Shown here piece by piece: positions 12,501 to 24,500 of a DNA stretch of 64,000 bases. This stretch comes from Mytilus californianus (Eukaryota), in contig NW_026262734.1 in assembly GCF_021869535.1 (NCBI RefSeq), positions 41,726,001 to 41,790,000 on the forward strand, written 5' to 3'. The notes under the pieces are model-generated. The model was not told the DNA's origin. It saw only the letters and a program-made list of their open reading frames with translations, and made no database searches. Position 1 is the first letter of the stretch. Each line of letters starts with the position of its first letter. The translations under genes were made by a program, and so were the position numbers.

Positions 12501-15500
12501 TTTTCGTGGATTATTGATTTCATGGTTTTGCAAAAGTTTGCATACAAGCCTACAGCAAATCTGTACTTTGTTGGAAAAATTAAATTGGCTGTTAACCTAT
12601 GCCCAGGAAATCCACAAAAATTGGTTTCCCACGAATAATAATGGATCCCAATAGATTAATTAATGATTGTCCTTACAATGAAGTACAGACATACAGACTA
12701 AAAAGTGGTCATCTGTCATTTTCATTTTGTCCCACTAATTGCAATGACTGACAATCAATTAGCCCAGTAAGAAATATTTCAACGGATTTCAATTTTTAGC
12801 ACAACATGACTAGATAACAAATTGATGTATGAACAAACAAACAGATGAAAATAAACCTATATTCCCCAGTCACAAACATTGCAGGGAGTAAGACTTTTAG
12901 ATTGATTGATTGATTTTTTGTGTTTAATGCCACTTTTAGCACTCTTTATTATATGATGACTGCCAGTTTTGTATGGTGGAAGAAGCATGAGAGAACCATT
13001 AATTTAGATAGAAAAACAAACAATCCTAGTCAATTAAGATTTAGTAAAACACATTTGCAACATGTGGGGTTCAAAACTCACAAACTTAGTGTTGACAGGC
13101 TACTTAGACCACTTGCCTTTCGAGGCCAAACCAGGACTTACCTCCTTAGTTACCAGCAATCTGAAGGCGTGTTGACAGCCAAGTCTCTTGTGGAAAAATA
13201 ATTTCTTTACTTTTGTCTTTTCCAAATTTGAAAATGTATCATAAACTACGGCGAGAAACTAAAAAACAAAAATAAATGTAAAATATACTTTTATAGAAAT
13301 GTGTAAATTATTTCTAATCAATCTCCTTTTTTTCTTTCACTTTTCCTTTTTTTTCCATAAGAAAATATAAAAGCTTGTAAGTTCAAAACATGACATATTA
13401 AACCATAAAAAGCACTTATATAACTGATTTTTTTTTTAGTAGCTTAATAATTCAGTTACTATTCTATATTTCTTCATACAAAATGTGGTTGGATAAACTC
13501 TTTTCTCCAAAAAAATTTAAAATACAGCATTTAATACAGAATAGAAATTTATGTTTATTAAAGCAGGTGAGAGATTTGTTTTAAATTCTAACAGATATTT
13601 CTTTTGTCATCTACTTACTTTTTTATTGTTGTAATCATATACTATTGATCTTCTTCTTATAAAACACTCTTTTGTATTTTCAATATTAATGGTTTTTTTT
13701 CTTTTTGGTCATTGATATTTGAAGATATATCACAGAGCTATTCCATTAATGTGATTAAATTGAATAAGGGGAGGTTGCAAGGGAATGTTTTATTTTTGGA
13801 CATCGGTTGAAGGTTATTTATGGTTCTGTGTCCTTTCGATGTATGGATAATTACTTAATACAAAGTAACTTGGTTGTGGGTGGAATTTTTAAATCCCTTT
13901 ACCCTCCAACATCCATTATAATAGAAAAGCCCTCTAGTGGCAATATGTAAAACCACGTATAATAAAAAGGTTGTGTAAATTTAATGCACTTTAATATTAC
14001 TAACCAGATTCATTATAAAATAAAGTTCTAGAGACAGGTAAATAATGTAGAAAATACTGTAGTATCGTGAACTGGCATAAGCTGGCATCATTACATCTGG
14101 ATAACTGAAGAAAAATAAAATATAAATACTGGGGATTAATTATTTATCATGGGTAATCAATTGTCTTGGATTTCCAAATATAGATGAACCAAATTTGTGA
14201 GTTCAAGGATGTACAAATTTTCGATAGACTTGAATGCAGACTTAGGCAAAACAACGAAATCAAATATAAACAAAAATACAATGTTTCATAAATCCATGAA
14301 AATTGATAACCATGAAAATAAATGATTCCACAGTGGTATAAAGATGACAAAAAAGCTGTATTCATTAAAAAAAATTGAAAACAAGACTTTACACCTTATT
14401 GTGCTAAGCTAACCCCACTCATAATTCAAAGTATTGAAAAAAAAGAAGGTAGGTGTCTGACAGATCCAAACGTTACAACTCATCATCATCAAGCTACTCA
14501 TCTAATATGCAGTCATTCTGTTCAGTAGTATCTGAGATAAGTGTTAGGACAAATGGACAAACAGGCTGACAAGGTGAATACAATAAAAGCCCCCACTCCT
14601 AAAATAGGGGTATTTTATAAATAAATAAAATGCTCCGCAGGGCGCAGCTTGATACGACCGCAGAGGTCGAACCCTGAACAGTTGGGGCAAGTATGGACAC
14701 AACATTCAAGCTTGATACAGCTCTGAATTTGGATTGTGATTAAATATTTGACACAGCATAGGTTTCTGACACAGAATGAATGTGGTCTAAGAACTTAAAA
14801 ATTTTAAATTGGACATTCACCTATTATGGTCCAATATCCAAAATCTAAATACATGGTTAGATTCAGCATATCAAAGAACCCCAAGAATTCAATTTTTGAT
14901 GAAATCAAACAAAGTTTAATTTTGGACCCTTTTGACCTCAATGTGGACAAAGTTGATAACGGGGCACAAAAATCAAAAATCTAAATACATGGTTAGATTC
15001 AGCATATCGAAGAACCCCATATATTCAATTTTTATTGAAATCAAACAAAGTTTAATTTTGGACCCCGATTTGGACCAACTTGAAAACTGGGCGCATAATC
15101 AAAAATCTAAATACATGTTTAGATTCAGCATATCAAAGAACCCTAAAAATTCAATTTTTGTTAAAATCAAACTAAGTTTAATTTTGGACCCTTTGGACCT
15201 TAATGTAGACCAATTTGAAAACGGAACCAAAAATTAAGAATCTAAATACACGGTTAGATTCGGCATATCAAAGAACCCCAATAATTCAATTTTGATGAAA
15301 TCAAACAAAAGTAAATTTTGGACCCTTTGGACCTCAATGTGGACCAATTTAAAAACGGGGCCCAAAATCCAAAAACTTAATACATGATTAGATTCAGCAT
15401 ATTAAAGAACCCCAAGAATTCAAGAATAAAACCCCATTGAAATTGATCAAGAAATAAGCAATTTATACGAAGTATCTTCTTTTGCACAATACTGTGCAAT

Positions 15501-18500
15501 TGAATATTTCTTGCTATTGCGCAATACTGTACAATTGACAATTTCTTGCTATTGCGCAATATAGTGCTATTGGATATTTCTTGCTATTGTGCAATACTGT
15601 GCAATTGAAGATTTCTTGCTATTGCGCAATACTGTGCAATTGAAGATTTCTTGCTATTGTGCAATACTGTGCAATTGAAAATTTCTTGCTATTGCACAAT
15701 ACTTATTATGTAATAATTTACACATCCTGTTTGGTGTGTATCTCCTACCATATCATTATTATTTACTTTTAAATATTAATCAGAAATAACCAACTTAAAA
15801 TGGAAAATTTTAAAAGAAAAAAAAAATCCCCCCCCCCCCAAATTTTTTGAACCCCCTTATGATTCATCACCCCCAAACTCAATCCCAGCCTTCCCTTTGT
15901 GGTATGGTACCTTGCAGTACAATTTCAGAGAGATCCATACACTTGAACACAAGTTATTGTCTGGAAACTAGAAAAATGCTTACTTTTGGCCCCTTTTTGG
16001 CCCCCAATTCCTAAACGTTTCGGGCAATTACCCCTAAACTCAATTCCAGCTTTCCCTTTGTGATATGGAACCTTGTAGTACAATTTCAGAAATATCCAAA
16101 CACTTACACACAAGTTATTGTCATGAAACTAGAAAAATGCTTGTTTTTTGCCCCTTTTTTGGCCCCTAATTCCTAAAATTTTGAGGCAATTACCCCCAAA
16201 ATCAATTACAGCCTTCCCTTTGTGATATGGAACCTTGTGGTACAATGTCAGAGAGATCCATACACTTACACACAAGTTATTGTCTGGAAGTTACAAAAAT
16301 GCTTATTTTTGGCCCCTTTTTGGCCCCTAATTCCTTAACTGTTGGTATCATAACCCCCAAAATCAATCCCAACCTTCCTTTCGTGGTATTGAACCTCATG
16401 GTAAAATTTCATGGAGATCCATTCACTTAAACTAAAGTTAGAGTGCGAAAACCAATGTGTCTTCGGACGACGCCAGACGACGACGACGACGCCAACGTCA
16501 TACCAATATACGACCAAAAAATTTTTAATTTTTGCGGTCATATAAAAATACCTTAGGTTTGATGTTTGAATAACATAATTATTCAAGTTCACAGTTTTTA
16601 ACCCTTGAGTTTGGAAAATAATAACATGAGAATGTGCGATCAGACAATGTGTCTGACACAAGTGGAAAATAAAACAATGGTGATCCAACCATCAAGAACA
16701 CTTATAAACTTAGTTTTCCTGTACAAATATAATGAAATAAAACTTTTAAAAATTACAAGTTTCCACTTATTGTATAATAGTATAATATATATTGTGTGAT
16801 CATACCGTTTTTTTTTTTTATAGAACATTTTTTTGAACTTTTCTTGATACTAAAGTGAAGGTGTCTTGTAATGCACTTTTTTAAATGTAATTTTCATATG
16901 ACTACTAAATATTAAACGGTTCAAAACAGTTTGAATTTGAGCTCCATACTTGTTCTATTTTTACGAACTTACTTTGCAGTAGTCAAAAGAACAAACAGAC
17001 TAATAAAACTGTCTTGCAGTGTGGCAAAATACTGAAATATAAACAGTTTTGTTATTTAAAAAGAATTAAATCTTCAAAAAGGGAACTAAATTAAGTTTTG
17101 GCTTATAGAATATTGCTTTTCATGTATTTTTAAGATATTAAATTTCATATATTCTATGTGTGACAAGATTCATTGAAATTTTGGAAAATATACCAATTAT
17201 TGCAATTATAAACATTTTATATTATACTTGCAAGAATTTTCTAAGTGTAATGTTCTGTTAAATCCAAATAAATAGAAAATAAATTTTTGGACAAATTCTA
17301 AGATGAATTGAGTCTTAATTTCACTAAAATCTGAAGTTTGAATTAAATGCATGTATTCCCTTTCTGAAATTCAAAAATTCGTAAGGTATCTGCAGAACCC
17401 AGTGTCTCGCCTACTTTTTATTGTTAGTCGCAAAAAATCACAGAGTGAATTTTTGTGGACGCCGCCGACGATGACGGAATGTAGGATCGCTATGTCTCGC
17501 TTTTGCGACAAAAGTCTCAGGCTTGACAAAAAACATTATTGCGGCACTATTTGAATTATTGACATCATACAACAATCACTTCTTATTGCTATTTGGGAAT
17601 CTGTGACACTTGATACGAGAGTTTGAGACACTTGATACAAGAATTTGAAACACTTGATACGAGAATTTGAGACACTTAATACAAGAATTTGAGACACTTT
17701 TTGAACTATTGACATCAAACAACAATCACTTTACTTTTGAGGCGCCATGCAATCATTGTCTCCTGTGATGTCAAAATGTTAGGGAATGGCTGTAATGTCC
17801 AGTTATGAAGGACATATAGCGATAAGGTCTTCCGAAATTATGTGGTAACATACAAGTTTTGGTTAGGTAGATTATAATTGAGTGCAAATAGCATGGACAA
17901 GTAATTATTTTCAAATTGATATTTTGTGTTTAACTTGTAGATATAAAGCCCTGCTTATGTGTAATAACATGTATTTTTAATGAATTACTCATAAACTTTA
18001 AACAAAAGTTTATAGTCTATACAATTAAAACGAACAGAAATACTTAAATACCTATAAATAACATTATATTCATACTTACTGCATCCCCATGAATCCCAGA
18101 AAATAAATAAAACCCTACAATTAAACCACATGTATAAAATATTAACATTAACATTAATTTTCATATCATTACTTGATGAATAATTAATATTTTGTTTGTT
18201 TCATATCAATGGTCTCCATTTATTCTCTAATGTAAATAGCAATATGTAAGATTGAACTTTTTTAAGACGTGTAATGATGTGTTTAAAGTAAATTTTTCTG
18301 AAAGTGTTTTGACTGATTCCATAGTCGATACATAGTACAATATAGCTGTAAACTAAATTTCATTTATTTCTTGCTGCCATCGGATCATCCTAAACCATCA
18401 CCTCACACACTCCAAGCACCTCAATATTTTAATATTTGATTCATAAACATCCCAGTTATAAAATGTTCATGCAAGAATTATGAAATTATTTATGAAAATT

Positions 18501-21500
18501 AACTGAAAATTGGAAATGTTTCTGGTTTTTTTTTAAGAATATACCACATATGCATTGAATTTTCTTGTCTAAATTTGACCTATGTACACATTTGCTGCTT
18601 CTATTACGTCATTCGGTCTCTGCTTGAAAGTTGTTTCATTGGTCGTCATACCACATCTCCTCAATTTAATATCAATTTGTTTGTTCATTGTTATTATGTT
18701 GTTTTTGCTTCTGTACTACCCTCTTACTTCTTTATTTTAATCAGATAAAAATTTTCAATTTCAATAAGACATTAAATCAAATTGGGTTCAAAAGGCTTAC
18801 CTAATATAGAAAATATCAACATGAAAAACAGTAACAACAACAGCATGTCTATAATAGGTGGCATGGACTGTAAAATCTGTCGGAATGTTCTGCAAACGAA
18901 ATATATAGTTACAGATATTAAGTGTGGAATCTAAACATGACAAAAAGTTAAAACAGGTGTTAAAGACTGAAAAAATTAGTTAAAATTTTCTTGAATTTAC
19001 AGCAAGAGGCTCCAAGGAGCCTTTATTGCTCACCTGGCTTTTCTGCATAAGATTAATACAATGTTACAAGAATATTTGTATTAAATAGTAACTGTGGGTG
19101 ACAAAATCTTGTCTGACTGAGCTTTTTTGTCTATCTATTGTAGTTTTCAAGATAATAGCATGTATAGGTAATAAACTGTTGACACAGAGATATGTCTCTC
19201 GTTTTGTAATTTTGATGGTTTAATGCAAATATTGATTAAAATGGCAATATTTAAACATGTAACTATGCAAATCATTCAAATTCAATGAATCGTGACTGAA
19301 AGTGCAGGGCCAAATAACGTCCATGGAAATGTGAAATGCCAATGTAAAACTGCGTACCAAATACCATTGACTTATCATATTAAGTGGTTTCCTTAGAACT
19401 AACCTAAACATGAACTTTAACTTGTAAACTATGTAAAATTTTCAAAGTCAATGAACCATGATTATGAGGTTGGACCATATCATCTCCATGGAAATGAGAC
19501 TTTCAAATGCCAATACAACTGTATACTCAATATCATTGTCACCTTAAACTGATCTAATATCAAACACTAACATGTAAATAATGCAAAACATTCAAAGTCA
19601 ATGAACCCTGACTGAAGGTAGGAGCCAAACAATATCCATGGTAATGAGATGTGTCAAATGATTATACAACTGCATACTAAATATCATTGACCTACCACTA
19701 ATGGTTCCCCTTAAACTGACCTAATCACAAATTAATACATGTAAACTAAGAAAAAGTTATCAGCAGACAGACAACAGACACCAACTGATGATAATAGCTC
19801 ATACAGGCCCTTTTGGCCATGCATGGGTTTTAATAAAATATTAAATAATAACAGCCTTAGACTGTAAATGTGAAATGAAAATCCATGAAATGAATTTTTT
19901 AAACACTTAGCTATTACATCATTTTAAAATAGTTAAAATTCAATCAACTTCCTTAAGTAACAAGATGCTTCCTGTTACTCATGAGAAACTAAATCATTTC
20001 AAGTTCTCAAGTGCTTCTTGATGGGGTATATTGTTGCATAAATCTTAAAACACTTGAAGCAGATGTAAAATCTTTAAAATAATTAAATAGGTAGTAGGAC
20101 TAGTAAACTCTACTTAATTCTTATTCTAAAAAATTTCCGCTTCAAAGTTATGTTTGCAGCTGTGAAATCATAAATTCTGTAACCAAGATTTAAGATTGTA
20201 AGTCTATGTACTAAACTCTAACTGATGTTAAACTTTATGAATTTTATATCCTGTGGCAAAGCCAATGAACCATGAAACATAGGTAATGTGACCATCATCT
20301 TATAGCAAGTGGTAGGTCTCTCCAATATGCCTCAGCACACAATATTATACTGCAGTATGGTTATTATATTTTTAGGAATGGCTAGGAGGTAGAAGCCGGT
20401 GAATTCCAATAGTTCCCCATAACTTCTTTTCTATGCATGCTATAATTGGAAATAAAATGCTCCGTGGGGCAGCTAGATACGACCGCAGAGGTCGAACCCT
20501 GGACACAGCATAGGTTTCTGTCACAGCATGAATGTGGTCAAAGAACTGAAAATTTTGAAATTGGATTTTACCTATTATGGTCCAATATCCAAAATCTAAA
20601 TACATAGTTAGATTCAGCATATGATCAAAAACCCCTTGAATTCAGTTTAATTTTGGACCCTTTGGACCCTAAGAATTCATTTTTTGATGAAATCAAACAA
20701 AGTTTAATTTTGGACCCTTTGGACCCTAATGTGGACCAATTTTAAAACCGGGCCCAAAATACAAAATCTAAATTACACGGTTAGATTCAGCATATCAAAG
20801 AACCCCAAGAATTCAATTTTTGTTGAAATCAAACAAAGTTTAATTTTGGAACCTTTGGAAATCAATGTGGACCAATTTAAAGACTGGGTTCAAAATCCAA
20901 AATCAAAATACACAGTTAGATTCAGCATAATAAAGAACCCCAAGAATTGAAGACTGAATTAAACCCCATTGAAATTTCTTAAGAAATAAGCAATTTATAT
21001 AAGGTATTAAAATAGTAATGGTTTTGGCCCCTTTTTCCCAAACATTTAGGGCCATAACCCCCAAAATCCAATCCCATCCTTCCTTTAGAGGCATGGAACC
21101 TTGTGGTACAATTTTATAGAGATCCATACACTTATACACAAGTTATTGTCCTAAAACAAGCAAAATGCTTGTTTTTGGCCCCTAATTCCTAAACTAGAAC
21201 AATAACCCCCAAAATCAATCCCAACCTTGTGGTATGGAACCTTGTAGTTCAATTTCATAGAGATCCATACACTTATAATCAAGTTATTGCCTGGAAAGCA
21301 AATGTCTTCGGACGACGAAGACGCTGACAACATGATAACATTATACAGTGTTATATGAACACAAAAATTTTGCGATCATATAAAAATAGCATCAGCGATT
21401 TGGTAAAATCTGACATATTGTCATACATTCCTTCAGACACCTCTACAGTAGTATGTATATATTAGAAACATTGGCTCAGCGATTTGGCAACTTTCAACAT

Positions 21501-24500
21501 TGACCTACATACTTTCTGGCCCGTCTATTAGAAACAATGGCCTCAGCGATTTGGTAACTTTTAACATATTGTCCTATATACTTTCTGACCTCTCTATTAG
21601 AAACAATGGCTCAGCAATTTGGCAACTTTCAACATATTGTCCTACATACTTTCTGACCCCTCTATTAGAAACAATGGCCTCAGAGATTTGGTAACTTTCA
21701 ATATATTGTCGTACATACTTTCTGACTCCTCTATTAGAAACAATGGCCTCAGAGATTTGGTAACTTTCAATATATTGTTGTACATACTTTCTGACTCCTC
21801 TATTAGAAACAATGGCCTCAGAGATTTGGTAAATTTCAATATATTGTCGTACATACTTTCCGACTTCTCTAATAGAAACAATGGCCTAAACAATTTGGTA
21901 AAATTAAAAAAATTATCAAACATACCTTCTGACCCCCCTGCAGTAATATGTATCTATTAGAAACAATGGCCTCAGTGATCTTGTGACTCTAAAATGGTTA
22001 TGCTGTCGTATAATCACAACTATAGTCTCTATGAATACGATGATCAAGGTACAGCTCTGAAAAATAACAATTACAATCAATTTTTCATAAAATTTGCATT
22101 TTATATGGAAAATTTCTATCATAATAAAATGCTCCAGCAACTGTTGTAAACAAAAAAGATCCTTTACAATTGGTCACATTAACAAGGAGAACTGTGATAT
22201 TTTATTTTAACAACTATGAGATGTATAGAAAATTTCAGAACTGAAACTGTTGATACAAGATCAAAGAGTTTGATTAAACATGAGGTAAAATGCTTAACAA
22301 TGCCTTAACTGAAAATCAGATTTTGAAATATTAGGCTACATTCCACTACTGTGGCTTCATTATCATTCTGGGGATACAAATTTTCATGGATTTTATGAGT
22401 ATTGGTTAACCACGAATTTAAATGCTTTTAAATTAAGTACAGATTGTCTGTAGGCTTGTATGCAGACTTTAGCAAATCAATAAAATAAATAATCCACAAA
22501 ATTACAATTTTTCCTTTATCCACAAGAATTGGTTTCCACAGTATTTTACTATTGGCATCATGATGGTAAACAACAAAATCATGAACTATATATTCATAAA
22601 TATCTGTATCATTATTAAACATTAATAAAAATAAATGGAGAATGTGTCCATGAGACAAAGATGATGCCCCCTGCTTGCATATAATGTTATAAAGGGACAC
22701 AACTCAAGAATGGTATGTGACGCAACCCAAATTCGAACTTGATCTGTGTTTTGTGGTAATAAGCATTGTGTATAAGTTTTTTAACATTTGGTTGAGGCAA
22801 ACTAAAGTTAAAGAATAGAAACTAATTTTGAGACATACAGATGGACAAGAGTAACACTTAATGCCCCCCTCCGCAGCGGCGGGGGCATACAAATTACTTG
22901 TTAGTCTGTAAATCATTATTGCTATTGATACACTATAAATCATTAATAAATATAAGTACCTTTATAAGAGTTCTTTTATGTTTGATGAATGTTCTGAATC
23001 CTAACCACTTCATCCGTATTCCTAATTCTAACGCTAATATCAAAAGTCCAAACAATTCCAGTGATCCATGAACCTGTATAATACATGTAATACAAGAAAA
23101 TATTTTATTCTTATCTTTATTGTATGTTTTCTAGGAGCCATCATCATTGCACGAAAATATTTCATAAACTGAGAACACTTAAATAAATGATTTAATTCAC
23201 TTACAGAAAAAGCAATCTGCATTTTTACAAGACATACAATGTAAATGATATTGTATTTTACTATCTTTTGGAAAAGACTTGATTTTCATTTGCTATCCTT
23301 ATAAAAAGATTTTGTTAGATCTGCAAATTATACATACAAACTTCTAACAAGTCTACATATTTCACTGTTCTTTTTCGATATAATTTACATTTAAAACCAA
23401 ATACTATATATTCAGAAATAAATGTGTCCATTTATCATGTTTATCTTTGCCAATCTGCGACTACTGCAAAAAATGTGAAATATAATTAATGTGATTGCTA
23501 AAATTTCATGAAGGAAAACCACTACTGAAAATACGAATGTGAGTTTTTATTAATGCAAATTAACTGCATAATTTTTTGCATTAATAAAAACCTTGCAATA
23601 ATTTATGAATTCACAGATAGGATTGAATTGTGTAAAGATATTTCTCTGGAACTAATACTATTAGGTAAAAACCTCAGTTACATGTAAGTGCAAGTCAAAT
23701 ATAAAATATAAGGGGCTCATTATCTGAAATATTAAGTATATTTATATTAAATTTATCATGTTTATAAGACAAGCAGACCTAAAAAAGGACCTTCTAAATC
23801 TGAAATGAATAAATGTATACTAGTTCAGTAAAATGGATACCACACTAAACTCTGAATCGGACAAATGAACCAAAATTAGAAAAAAACACACAAGACTAAC
23901 AAATTAAAGGCTAGAGGTTCTTGACTTGGGACAGGCGCAAAAATGTTGCAGGATTAAACATGTTTTGTGAGAACTCAACCCTACCCCTATACATTTACCC
24001 AATATGGATTATGTTTAGTAGTCATGGTAGTGACTACTTTAGATTGGTTGATTTTTTGTTTATAAATAGAAGGTTCAGTAGAAGTCTGTTGCTTTGATTG
24101 TGGAAAATTCTTGCCCAATATACCAGGTATATTGATAGACATTAACAATTACATGATTAACTTACCCCTACAGGAAAGAGACATTAACAATTACTTGATT
24201 ACTTAGCCCTACAGGTAGAGTTAAAAATGGTACTGCTGGTCTTTCACAGGCAACAATTAAAATTATTACTTACCCCTACAGGTAGAGTTAGAAATGGTAC
24301 TGCTGGTCGTTCACAGGCAGCTAATCCCATCACCAGCAGTGCTGCAAATAAGTCTAAAGCATAGAAAATTTTCTTGTGAGCAATTTTATAGGCTGGCAAA
24401 GCATTAAAGTCTCTGGGATGTGTACTGTATTTATCATTGTTTTCCCCTTCCTGCAGATAAATAGCTGCCTCTTGGTAATTCAGTTCCCAAGTTTTATACT

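Larger units (their letters stand above)
10851..22542. mobile_element. Four degenerate copies of a 200-bp TA-flanked MITE (TACTGTGG...CCACAGTA), Tc1/mariner-like
   Basis: Copies at about 10851-11030, 12480-12650 (reverse), 14128-14335 and 22347-22542 share CCAATTTTCATGG and AGGCTTGTATGCAGACTT. The span given covers the outermost copies only. Confidence 0.6.

Noticed and set aside
12920-13201. 93-aa plus-strand ORF; likewise 12285, 24376, 30287 and 44547
   Set aside because: These are antisense shadows of real TPCN1, DRC10 or SELENOO exons.
21619-21960. 113-aa plus-strand and 93-aa minus-strand ORFs as independent genes
   Set aside because: They arise from the 69-bp (23-codon) periodicity. 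The minus ORF is out of frame with the TPCN1 exon, and read-through of the exon hits TGA at 21916-21918.
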